From positions 1 to 64,000 of IMG/VR virus record IMGVR_UViG_3300042905_003268: DNA of 64,000 nucleotides. The stretch is one strand, 5' to 3'. Positions 55,701-64,000 of the stretch are shown one piece after another. A program made the position numbers and the translations under genes. The notes under the pieces were generated by a model. It did no database searches. It saw nothing but the letters and a program-made list of their open reading frames with translations, and was not told where the DNA came from. Origin of the DNA: a virus. How positions within the stretch are numbered: the stretch's first letter is position 1; each line of letters starts with the position of its first letter.

Positions 55701-58700
55701 GTTGGATCTGTAAATAATATTTTGTATGAATCTACTGCTGACTTAAATGTATCTGTTATTGTTGTAATAACGCCAGTTGCGGTGTCTGGAGGGATAACTA
55801 ATCCATTGATAAGTCCAGCAATCATATCTTTGCCTAATAACTTATATACTTCTGAGGGAGAATTAGTTTTTGTTTCATCTCTCATCCATATTTCAAGCCA
55901 CTTTATAGCCTGTCTAGTGGCAGCCTCTGTTGCCTGAACTCCATCAGTTAAACCTTTTTCTACTCCAAGCATCAGGTCAGATCCAATATTTTCTCCAGTA
56001 AGTTTTACTCCACCCGCATTAAATGTTGGACCAGTTTGTGCAGTACTTTGACCAGCAGCGGTTCTTGCCACCTCTTCTAATCTATCTGCAGAAAGACCTA
56101 AATCAGATATTGTTGCGCCCTCAGACAATTGTTTGTTTATTTTTCTTAGTCTATCCTGCGCCTTAAGAATAATATCATTCCACTCAACCCATCTAGCAAT
56201 TTCATCATCTATTCCCTTGCCATCAAAGTCCTCGCCGTACTGATCATATAGTTTCTTTGCTTTTCTATATGCTTCATCAGTTTCATATCCAAGATCATAC
56301 AAGGCTCCGGCTATAACATCTATTTTTTCTTTAGGATTAAGTTCTTTATCCAGAAGTGCCCCGAAAACATCTGGCATTACTTCTTTTAGATCTTCTCCTG
56401 CTACGCCCATCTTCTTCAATGAATCTTCTATAAACTTATAATCATCGGTTTGAGCAAACAGTTGATTATTGTTGTCTATCCATGAATCATATAATTCATT
56501 TAATATTTGATCTATATTTTCTGCGGGTATATTTAACTTCTCTAGTTCTTGTCTATAAGACTTTACTCTATCACTATCGAAGAAGGCTGTCCATGGCCCC
56601 ATTTGTGAAGTTCTTACTCTTAGTTCCGCACCCTCTGTCCAGTTAACAACTCCACTAGTTAGAACCTCTACCCTATTAGCAGTCCATTTCTGTTGTGCTG
56701 CTGAAGGACCAGTAGATCCCCCACCACCGCCGCCACCAGAAGAAGCATCTTGAAGTTTTTGAAGTCTTTCTTTTTCTTTTTCAGCGGCAGCAATTTTCTT
56801 ATCTTCTCTTTCCTGCCTTCTTCTTTCAATCTCTTCTGCTTGATATTTTTCTTTTTCTGCATTTAATTGTGCCTGTAAAAGAGCCGCTTCCGCAAAATTG
56901 CCTTCTGCTGTTGCTCTGGCTATTTGATTTTCTAAGTCTTGTCTGCGTAGTGCAAAATCCACTTGCTTTTCTTGTAATTCAAGTAGTTTTTGACGCTCCT
57001 CACGTTCCTTTTGAATACCTTCAATTATCTTATCTTGTGCTTCAATAAGTTTGTCGTAGTAGTCTGATCCAGATCCTCCAGATCCTCCTCCAGCGTCACC
57101 TGAGTAATCTATGGCTCCTAATGCTGATTGAATTGCATCTTCTGGATTCGTCGCAGCCTGGGCGGTAGGAGTTGTTCCAACTGGACTTCCTTGTATGAAA
57201 GAGGTCCAAACATTCGCTCTAAAGTTTGCAGGATTAGTTCTTGCCATATCAGCAAGTGCTGCCCAGTCTGTATTAACATCAGCAATAACCATTGATACAA
57301 TTCTTAATGCATCTTGAAGTTGAACTCCGCCTTCCATCATCATGGAGAATGCTCTACCAGCATCTGGAGACATTTCATTAATTTGTGTTTGTATTTCACC
57401 AATTAGTTGCTTATTACTATCTAAAGCATTTGCACTAGCGCCTAGTGAAGTTAAGAATTGATCAAATGTCTGCCCCCCAGAAGCCATGGCAGCAAATATT
57501 CCTTGAGCCATCATAGATGCTTCATTGCCAACAGCCCCCATAACGTCTTCTATTTCATATAAGTCTGGAGATATGGCAACGACTTCTTTTAATGCTGGCA
57601 AGATATCAAGTATGAATTGATTAAATTCTGGTCCATATTGCTGACCATCTACAGAAAGCCCTTTCATAGCAGCATCTACTGCTGGGTTACTTTCTGCTTC
57701 AGGATTAGTTATTCGTTCTTGAATTAATCCTAGCAGTTCTTCTAGAGTCATTCCAAATTGTTCTGCTATGCTATTGAGATATACTGCAGTATCTGCTAAA
57801 TTAGCCTGTTCACTTTCCCCAGTTTGAGGGTTAACTGCTAGTACTTCTTTCCCGCCTCTAGATTCTTCATACAACTGCTGTGCTTTTCTTAATCTATCTG
57901 CTTCTTTTTCAGTATAATCAGCACCCCTAATTACTCTATCAGCAATATCTTGTAATTGTGCTAGATACTTTGCTCCTATTTCTTCTGGCTTTGTGCCAAG
58001 TTTTCCTATTCGATCTAACTCAGCATTTACAATTGGAGCAAATATTTCTTTACCAGTAGCAGATAAATAACCACCTATCATGGTCTTAATGCTCTTTATA
58101 TCCATGCCACCTAGAAGTGCTTCTGAAACCATCTTACTAAACATTGGATCATTAATAAATTGCTCTGCAGATTCCATAGATGCAATTTGATCTCTTCTTC
58201 CAGCCTCAACACTTCCTGGCTCCGCGTTTGCTACAGCATTAGCAAACTCTCTTAACTTATTAGTAGCCTCTTGCGTTCTTAGATTAAATGCATTTAATGG
58301 TAAATCTTCTAATTGTTTTAACGGCTCTACATTAAAGAATTGTTTTTCTAGTTCTGTGAGTCCAGTCTTAGACGCTTCTATTCCAGCCTTTAGTTTTGCA
58401 AGTTCTGCTGCTGCTTCTTCAGACCTTCTGCCAAAGAATGAAATTCCTTCTACAGCGACACCTATAGCAGCACCTATAGCAAGTCCCTTGGGTCCAAACA
58501 TTGCGCCCATGCCAGTCATATTTGCTATATTTATTCCAGCATTCATTGCTTGCCCAGCCCCAGTATCTTCTCCAGGACGAGGTAGGAACATCGCAGCCAT
58601 ACTTGCAAGGCTTATTGCTCCTCCCAACTTGCCTCCCGCAAGCATTCCTCCTTTGTTAGAAGATATTGCTGCAGTTTGCCCTTCTCTTGCTACAGTTCCT

Positions 58701-61700
58701 TTATTAGTAGAATCACTATTTCTTTGGGTAGAAACAATATTTTCTGTAACTTCCAGAGATTGTCTTTCTCTTAATGCTGCTAATTGAATTTCTTCTTCAG
58801 AAAGTTCTTGACTAGCCCTATTACTTTGCAATATGGCTGTCTTTTTTCTTTCTGATGCGGCAACTAATTCTACATCTAACTGCATAAGTCTTTGTTGAGC
58901 CTGATATTCTGCTTGCTTTGCAGCCTTGTATTGAGGGCTATTAGGACCATATCTTAATAACGCCTGTGCGCTTTCTTTTTGTGCTTTAGCATATGCTGCC
59001 TGTGCCTCCGCTTGATTCTTTGCAGCAAGTTGGTACTGTTCTTCTGCTGCAACATTTTCTTCCGACGCCATGGCCTCACGCTGTCTGGCTTCTGCCAATC
59101 TTAATAATGCATCTACAAGTTTTTTATTTCCTGTTGCTAATGCAGCAGACATTTCTTGACTTATTTGAGCATCATTAAACATTCTATCTGTGTACATTTG
59201 AATGGCATGTAGTAATGGATTTCTTAACCCGCCTTCGCCCATTCCTTTAATTCCAGCAGCAGAAAGTGTTTGTGTAGGATCAATCTCGTATGGAGTTATT
59301 ATTCTCTCTTTAACTAGTTCTGCTGTACGAACTGCTCTTTCTCGTCCCGCTGGCATGGCAAGCAGTTCTTGTTCGATTTTATCGAACTCTGCCGCGATTT
59401 CTTTAACTTTTTTATCTACGGCCTGATCAGTACCATCTATAGCAGATCTTAATTCACTTAAAGATGCGATTGGATCTCTACCAGATTCTATATCCTGTGA
59501 ATATTTTTTAAACGCTGCAGCAACTTCTTGATTCCCTGCTTCTGCTTTTTCTGCAGCAACTGAAAGAATAGCAAAATACTCTGTAGACTGAGTTGTAAGT
59601 TTTTCCCATGTAGGAAGAATTTGCGCCAATTGCTCATCTGTTAATGCTCTAATTTGTGCTAGAGAGGCTTCTAATGCTGGTCCTGTGCCATGATAACCTC
59701 TAGATAAGTCTTCTAAGGCTTGTCTTCTAATTTCTGGAGTTATTGATTCTTCTCTTAATGAAACTAAATCTTGATAGAAATTTTTAAGATCTTTCTGAAC
59801 ATCAGATCCTGCCTGATCAACAAATGTACCAAGCCCTAGTACTCCTCTTCCCCCCAGCATAGACTCTGGTGTTAGGTGGGAATACGTTACTCCAGCCTCT
59901 GCCCTGCCTTTATATCTTTGTCTTCCTTGCTCCTTAGTCCATGGAATTTCAGGAGTAGTATATGGAGTTCCTGGACCCATTCTTACAATTGCTGCGGCTT
60001 CTGCATTGGCTAGAACACCCTGTGAAACCTGATCCAATCCTCCAGATGCACTCTTTGTATGATTTAATTGATTAACAAGTTCTTGAAGTTTTTTGACCAG
60101 GGTGTCCACAGCCTGGGCCATTGTATTCATAGCAGTACCTTGATCGTAAAGGCTTTCTGAGAGCAACTCTGAGGCATCTCTTGCAGCAATAGAGTCTAAT
60201 GTTAATAGATCAAAGGCTCCCCTGCCCTCTTTCTTAAATGCCATTAATGTTGATATGCCTTTAACTAGATAGCCAAAGAAGTTACCTAGTACACCAGTAA
60301 TCATAATAATTGGACCAAGTACCGCCGTGAATCCTAATAATCCATTAATAATATTTTTTATTGGGTCTGGTATAGCATTAAATATTTCTAATATTTTATT
60401 TCCAACATTTAGTAATATCGTGCCAATAGTTACAAATGTCTCACCGATTGGGATGAGGCTTGCCTTTAGTGATTCGAAAGCCCTTTGGAATTTACCAGTA
60501 ACTGACTCTGTTACTGCTTTTAATTCTGCGTCTGCATTTTTTGCAAGTTCCTCTATGCTCATTCCTGCTATAGCAAACACTTGTTCTGTCTGACTTCCCG
60601 CCCTGCCGAGGTTCGCTAGAAGAGCATTGATTCTTGAAAATTGGAACTTACCAAAGATCTGTTCGATAGATCTTTGTCTACTTAAATCATCAAGTCCTGC
60701 TAAAGCAGACTGTAGATCCATCAGGGTTCCAATAACATCTCCAGCATTTTTATCTACAATACTTTTAATGTCTATGCCAAATCCTGACAGGACTTCCGTT
60801 GTTTGTTTTGTAGGATTAATCAAGGATGCTAGAGATGACTTGATTGCGTTGGCTGCCTCAGATGCAGATACGCCACCTTCACGCATAGCAACCATCATTG
60901 CTGCGAGATCCTCAACATCTCCACCCAGACCTTGCACAACTGGTCCAGCCTTAACAATTCCAGTTACTAAATCATTAATTGTTGCAGAGGTTTGATTTTC
61001 TACAGCATTGAGTAAGTTAATGGATTGCGTTAGACCTTCTGTATCCTTTTTGAACACACTCTGAATTGAAAGAGTAGCCTTCATAGCCTCTTGTCTATCA
61101 ACTTCTCCGAGTACTGATAATCTCATTGCCTCGCTAGTAGCGGCAAGCAACTCGTTGCCCTGCACTCCAGTAGCAGCAATATCTGCAGCAATTCCTAGAG
61201 TTTCTTCAACTGAAACTCCCATAGTGCGAGCAATTTCTTGAGATAATGCTAGAGTTTCACTTCTTATTTTAGCCAACTCGCTAGAGTTAACCATACCCTT
61301 TGTTGCATCTCCATAAACCTTAGTAAGTCTTGTTAGTTGCTTATCAGCATCCATAAACGCTTTTCCAGCGGCTGCTCCAAAGATGGTGAGTGGTACGGTT
61401 AATCCTACTGTTAACTGCCTACCAGCCCATTGTGTATTCTTGCCCCAATTAATAATTTCAGTAGATCCATTAGCAACTACTTGTCTAAAGATTCTGTATT
61501 CTTGATTAAGAATTCTTTGCTTTTCAATTCCTTCATCAATTCCTCTAGGAACAATTACTTGAGTAGCACCATCAGCCATTCTCATGGTTGTGGAATTCAT
61601 AAGCCTTACTTGTTCTCTTGCAAGTTGTCTAATTTGACCTAACTCGCCTCTTCTATAGTCAGAGGCTGCTTTAAATAATTGACCAAGCCTAGCGCTACCA

Positions 61701-61954
61701 GACTCAAGGCTCCTGCCGAATCTAGTAGTTTCTGTTGTAAGGTTTACCATGTGTCGTTCAAACATGCCGCTACTATCAATGGCGTTGTTGAACTGATTTT
61801 GGAATGATGATACTGAATTAGATAATGCAGAATTAAACCCAATGCTCATCATAGAGGCATTGAGAGAATCTATTTGAGATCTTAATCTAGCAACTGAAGT
61901 TTCTACATTTCTAAAATTACCCGTAGCAACTATATTAAGTTCTATGCGACTCAT
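52790..61954 (-). CDS. Tape measure protein with C-terminal ART-like and NlpC/P60 cargo
   Basis: NWGKNTQWAGRQL and TP901-type TMP core; GG.V.G.GGPT.D.I.AL.S.GEYV repeats; NlpC/P60 C..H..H. Confidence 0.93.
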   Translation of the reverse strand: MSRIELNIVATGNFRNVETSVARLRSQIDSLNASMMSIGFNSALSNSVSSFQNQFNNAIDSSGMFERHMVNLTTETTRFGRSLESGSARLGQLFKAASDYRRGELGQIRQLAREQVRLMNSTTMRMADGATQVIVPRGIDEGIEKQRILNQEYRIFRQVVANGSTEIINWGKNTQWAGRQLTVGLTVPLTIFGAAAGKAFMDADKQLTRLTKVYGDATKGMVNSSELAKIRSETLALSQEIARTMGVSVEETLGIAADIAATGVQGNELLAATSEAMRLSVLGEVDRQEAMKATLSIQSVFKKDTEGLTQSINLLNAVENQTSATINDLVTGIVKAGPVVQGLGGDVEDLAAMMVAMREGGVSASEAANAIKSSLASLINPTKQTTEVLSGFGIDIKSIVDKNAGDVIGTLMDLQSALAGLDDLSRQRSIEQIFGKFQFSRINALLANLGRAGSQTEQVFAIAGMSIEELAKNADAELKAVTESVTGKFQRAFESLKASLIPIGETFVTIGTILLNVGNKILEIFNAIPDPIKNIINGLLGFTAVLGPIIMITGVLGNFFGYLVKGISTLMAFKKEGRGAFDLLTLDSIAARDASELLSESLYDQGTAMNTMAQAVDTLVKKLQELVNQLNHTKSASGGLDQVSQGVLANAEAAAIVRMGPGTPYTTPEIPWTKEQGRQRYKGRAEAGVTYSHLTPESMLGGRGVLGLGTFVDQAGSDVQKDLKNFYQDLVSLREESITPEIRRQALEDLSRGYHGTGPALEASLAQIRALTDEQLAQILPTWEKLTTQSTEYFAILSVAAEKAEAGNQEVAAAFKKYSQDIESGRDPIASLSELRSAIDGTDQAVDKKVKEIAAEFDKIEQELLAMPAGRERAVRTAELVKERIITPYEIDPTQTLSAAGIKGMGEGGLRNPLLHAIQMYTDRMFNDAQISQEMSAALATGNKKLVDALLRLAEARQREAMASEENVAAEEQYQLAAKNQAEAQAAYAKAQKESAQALLRYGPNSPQYKAAKQAEYQAQQRLMQLDVELVAASERKKTAILQSNRASQELSEEEIQLAALRERQSLEVTENIVSTQRNSDSTNKGTVAREGQTAAISSNKGGMLAGGKLGGAISLASMAAMFLPRPGEDTGAGQAMNAGINIANMTGMGAMFGPKGLAIGAAIGVAVEGISFFGRRSEEAAAELAKLKAGIEASKTGLTELEKQFFNVEPLKQLEDLPLNAFNLRTQEATNKLREFANAVANAEPGSVEAGRRDQIASMESAEQFINDPMFSKMVSEALLGGMDIKSIKTMIGGYLSATGKEIFAPIVNAELDRIGKLGTKPEEIGAKYLAQLQDIADRVIRGADYTEKEADRLRKAQQLYEESRGGKEVLAVNPQTGESEQANLADTAVYLNSIAEQFGMTLEELLGLIQERITNPEAESNPAVDAAMKGLSVDGQQYGPEFNQFILDILPALKEVVAISPDLYEIEDVMGAVGNEASMMAQGIFAAMASGGQTFDQFLTSLGASANALDSNKQLIGEIQTQINEMSPDAGRAFSMMMEGGVQLQDALRIVSMVIADVNTDWAALADMARTNPANFRANVWTSFIQGSPVGTTPTAQAATNPEDAIQSALGAIDYSGDAGGGSGGSGSDYYDKLIEAQDKIIEGIQKEREERQKLLELQEKQVDFALRRQDLENQIARATAEGNFAEAALLQAQLNAEKEKYQAEEIERRRQEREDKKIAAAEKEKERLQKLQDASSGGGGGGGSTGPSAAQQKWTANRVEVLTSGVVNWTEGAELRVRTSQMGPWTAFFDSDRVKSYRQELEKLNIPAENIDQILNELYDSWIDNNNQLFAQTDDYKFIEDSLKKMGVAGEDLKEVMPDVFGALLDKELNPKEKIDVIAGALYDLGYETDEAYRKAKKLYDQYGEDFDGKGIDDEIARWVEWNDIILKAQDRLRKINKQLSEGATISDLGLSADRLEEVARTAAGQSTAQTGPTFNAGGVKLTGENIGSDLMLGVEKGLTDGVQATEAATRQAIKWLEIWMRDETKTNSPSEVYKLLGKDMIAGLINGLVIPPDTATGVITTITDTFKSAVDSYKILFTDPTNGISGVIDAEVKTAADNFYNTMTTRMQETVDEINNILKTNLTNYTFQITGNPKIYDGGARSLWQRVFDGIPDGMFTSTMPQYATGGYVSGPGGPTEDKIPALLSDGEYVIKASSVSQYGTELLDQINARKFYTGGYVSADRAETAASGNKYLGGYKPKPQYSGGTPTYTSGYSNSNTQATRQSGGSGVMKGLYNKALRNASIMSMTRQPFYSPGIGEEVGGIWQILRNIAASTTDLLLGGFVPPFMRSERSGDSFLDRINWNRTSIGSLIGGDNYLNTSGSELLASMLDFAPGGGKGSSSMASGFIPVGVKAGATGTRASRDIVAKDYEDMLGMSRQDFEDYVETAWPSITPAEKADLIGKIFDENGNVRKLDVINAPPYSSSMGGNPGARMHQHGLSVLDILRDTNQAKRFKSIYDELSASGSPAVGDMTFDEFMSKVRNSSISAQDTSTSADKATALLDHDFIRSVNSVYARQNYGLSDTDLIRLYRGLTRSEQSNVHGVFRGYSTTDPNVAKSFSRWAGRGIWATDISVGDLPQILGTTGWADEFAQFIPESAWAEVVTEHGVNTKISPDRPYRAFDPENVLMPRRIKHDDFVNNHDSIVGYAKSIGLSPTRLLSGSGFRRVGPYWQLDLSKIDSMSSENKQLLKYLQDSLGMDLVSIKTGEGLAPFKFAEGGLVRVGKENLTVLGEGISDYARRFVGTPYSSGAAWADGPANGWGCATATKWLYDSYAGVDPGHPSLSASQYSSGSGSRVNDMLPGDLLFFYYPNGVNTSNPINHVGMALGNGSMFHARSEALGTQITGIDGAGMDRARQRAGGSAIKRYLPETIAGMGIPTAKFKMGGKVYGKGGPTSDDILALISNGEYVMNASAVSHYGKDFMDAVNKGILPEAAMGGMFSSKYPGYVQRMGDGGMLSRKFGMNNDSSPISNVEYNINVNVAGTNSSPDDIAEAVMKSLKRKERMVGAVTRV

Positions 61955-62274
61955 GGCTCAACTACCTCCATGATGGCATGGCCAAGTCCCACACCTACAC
62001 CAAATCCTTGCTGGACGGCTGTGGCACCCTTTAGGTCTGCGATATCTGAAACTTCATCACTATCAGATATATCAATGCCCTGGATCATTGCAAAGAATTT
62101 TTGATCTTCATATCTGCGCTTTCTTTGAGCATTTAGCGTTGCTAATAACTCATCTACAGACAATTGATCTTCTAGTTCTTCATAGTTTTTCCAGTTTCCC
62201 AAAAGGAAAACCTCCGATTCTAAAGAGGCTAGATCTAAGTCGTCCCAACTAGAGCCGCCCCTAGGAGATTTGGG
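61951..62274 (-). CDS. Tail assembly chaperone, -1 frame extension (gpT)
   Basis: Open -1 frame KSPRGGSSWDDLDLASLESEVFLLGNWK... begins at the slippery site. Confidence 0.8.
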   Translation of the reverse strand, partial: PKSPRGGSSWDDLDLASLESEVFLLGNWKNYEELEDQLSVDELLATLNAQRKRRYEDQKFFAMIQGIDISDSDEVSDIADLKGATAVQQGFGVGVGLGHAIMEVVEP

Positions 62275-62570
62275 TCATTCATCTTTAACCCTCCACAAAC
62301 CTCAAGAATCTTCATCATTGTAGGAATATTAACACTTTCCTCAAAGGCGTCCTTGTCTTCTGAAAGGTCTGGCCTAGTCTTTTCTAAACAAATCATAGAA
62401 GCCTGGATAAATATATCCATAGCATCTTCTTCACTCTTAACTTCTTCTGAGTCTAACTCTCTAATTACTTTCATAAATTTCTTTAACTGCTTAATTGGTA
62501 AAGGCTTGACAATGATCTTGTCTCCGTTTTCCAGTTCTAATTCAGCAGTATCATAAATTGTTGTTGCCAA
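62235..62570 (-). CDS. Tail assembly chaperone (gpG)
   Basis: TTG start with AGGAGG RBS; between major tail and TMP. Confidence 0.85.
   Translation of the reverse strand: MATTIYDTAELELENGDKIIVKPLPIKQLKKFMKVIRELDSEEVKSEEDAMDIFIQASMICLEKTRPDLSEDKDAFEESVNIPTMMKILEVCGGLKMNDPNLLGAALVGTT
62268..62274 (-). other. Programmed -1 ribosomal frameshift site C CCA AAT
   Basis: X XXY YYZ heptamer immediately after the last -1-frame stop. Confidence 0.75.
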
Positions 62571-62631
62571 TTTTTTCCTCCTAAGTAGCAATATAATTAT
62601 ATCAAAATGGCTGCTCAAAACATAAAGGATT

Positions 62632-62651
62632 GGCCCCGCATTTGCGGGGCC
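62632..62651 (-). terminator. Intrinsic terminator after major tail gene
   Basis: GGCCCCGC-AAAT-GCGGGGCC followed by T-rich tail. Confidence 0.7.
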
Positions 62652-62684
62652 GCACCTTTACTACTTATTAAGTTATAAATTTAA

Positions 62685-63395
62685 TTACTGTGTTGACCAA
62701 ACGCGATCAAGAACCTCACCGTATTCAGCGGTTGGGAACTGTGGGTCTGGCAGGCAACGGAATGTAACAGGGTAGACAGTTGACTCATTTCTGCGGAGAG
62801 CGTGTGAAACGGTCTCCATTGAAAGTACACGACGAGCGAGATAAACTCTCTCAGACTTGTCTGCTGACAAGGATGTTGGTGCAGCGCCAATAGCAACGAG
62901 TCCTCTTTCTACAGGAGCCTCACCAAGTGAGCCTCCTTCAAGATTCATTACTCTTGCTGCTCCTGATCCTGATGGAGTTGCTGTGTATGATGCAACTGGT
63001 GTAGTTGTTGGTGTACCAGCAGATCCTCCTGTAACGACTGCTGTTGTTACAGCGGCGTCTTTTTGTCCGAATGCTGTGTTGATATTCTCGAATGTTCCTT
63101 CATTGAAGGAAGTACGAAGCATGACTCTCAACTGTGTCTTGAAGATACGGGCGGAGTCAAGGAGTTGATCAACTTCAACCTCTCCGTACTGTGGTTCGTA
63201 AGAAACCTCAAGTCCTTCTGATGTGAAGCCAACATCTCTCCAGTCTGCTACTCCGTCGTTTAACAAGTATGCTGATGCCTTCTTGTTACCAAACGTCGGC
63301 ATAGCCTTTGGATAACCTGAAACGTCTGTGCTGTCATTCTTGCTCAAGAAGATCTGTGCAGCACCTACGAGAATATTGGAAATAGATCCAGCCAT
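62685..63395 (-). CDS. Major tail protein
   Basis: NILVGAA, DVGFTSEG..VSYEP...VEVDQL, PVTFRCLPD. Confidence 0.85.
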   Translation of the reverse strand: MAGSISNILVGAAQIFLSKNDSTDVSGYPKAMPTFGNKKASAYLLNDGVADWRDVGFTSEGLEVSYEPQYGEVEVDQLLDSARIFKTQLRVMLRTSFNEGTFENINTAFGQKDAAVTTAVVTGGSAGTPTTTPVASYTATPSGSGAARVMNLEGGSLGEAPVERGLVAIGAAPTSLSADKSERVYLARRVLSMETVSHALRRNESTVYPVTFRCLPDPQFPTAEYGEVLDRVWSTQ

Positions 63396-63489
63396 TTAAA
63401 TTTTCACCTACCTTTCGGATATTAATTTATTAATATCCAGATTGATCATTCCTCTTTTATATAATAACATTGTTAAGTCGGAAAGCAAA

Positions 63490-63999
63490 CTATGTAAATC
63501 TTCCAGTTGAATTGACTTCTCTAGAATACTTATATGTTATTTGTACTACTCCAACTATTCTTCCGCCCTCTGATTCCGCTGGGGAGGGGCTGCTGACATA
63601 ATCTAAACATGCAGAATAAAATTTTATTTTTGCCTGGTTGGTATTAAATGATTGTAAATCTTTACCAGATAAGTCTTTTCTTCTAAACAAATCAACCATG
63701 AGTTCTGTTATTTCCATTACTTTGCCGAATTTAGTTCCCACTATGGAATATGACATTGATTCTTCACAAATCCACCATTTATCCATATAATCATTTATTT
63801 CATAATCATAAATTATATATGTTTTATCTGGAAGAAGATTGTTGAATTCTGGAACCTCTTGTGCTGGTATTATTGGTACTAAAGTTTTTGTAAAGTTATC
63901 TGGCCTATAATCATCCTCATCTAATACTCCAGATTCTTTAATTTCATTCCATAAAAAAGAATTTATTATAGATCTAGCATTCTCTCTATATATTGTCAT
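63490..63999 (-). CDS. Tail terminator / completion protein
   Basis: IIPAQEVPE...YIIYD, DLFRR.D; upstream of major tail. Confidence 0.65.
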   Translation of the reverse strand: MTIYRENARSIINSFLWNEIKESGVLDEDDYRPDNFTKTLVPIIPAQEVPEFNNLLPDKTYIIYDYEINDYMDKWWICEESMSYSIVGTKFGKVMEITELMVDLFRRKDLSGKDLQSFNTNQAKIKFYSACLDYVSSPSPAESEGGRIVGVVQITYKYSREVNSTGRFT

Positions 64000-64000
64000 A

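Noticed and set aside
1-64000. Alternative genetic code / stop-codon reassignment
   Set aside because: Core genes are full-length in the standard code and no suppressor tRNA was seen

Overview
A 64 kb slice of a large, tailed (siphovirus-like) dsDNA phage that almost certainly infects Actinobacteria. The host call rests on WhiB, an Lsr2-like protein, an MSMEG_6728-type glycosylase and actinobacterial-style leaderless/extended -10 promoters. Bases 1-3700 are a visibly more GC-rich + strand block: a DUF932 3' end, two tRNAs and a chain of small acidic early-type genes. It converges on a non-coding region (3.7-4.2 kb) packed with DnaA boxes and a second repeated motif. The rest is almost all on the - strand. 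In genome order it holds: accessory/auxiliary genes (DAK2/FakA-like kinase, glutathione peroxidase, three 2OG-Fe(II) oxygenases, UV glycosylase, HslV-like peptidase, WhiB, deaminase, SpoU methylase, lysozyme-like protein); a dispersed 8-tRNA cluster; terminase; a glycosylation cassette; a recombination/replication block (RuvC, Cas4-like, RecA, MazG, DnaE, SSB, primase, DnaB); and, after two further 2OG-Fe(II) oxygenases, the tail module. The tail module has an FN3/(Pro-Thr)n/Hint fibre, a 3054 aa tape measure with an ART-like and an NlpC/P60 cargo domain, a -1 frameshifted chaperone and the major tail protein. Best candidates for new biology: (i) toxin-like ADP-ribosyltransferase cargo inside the tape measure; (ii) a possible proline-hydroxylation/glycosylation system for a self-processing tail fibre; (iii) three dispersed head-type microdomain proteins sharing a WxGxF tag; (iv) a DnaA-box array; (v) two unannotated structured RNAs. 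All assignments are by eye from motifs; no searches were run.
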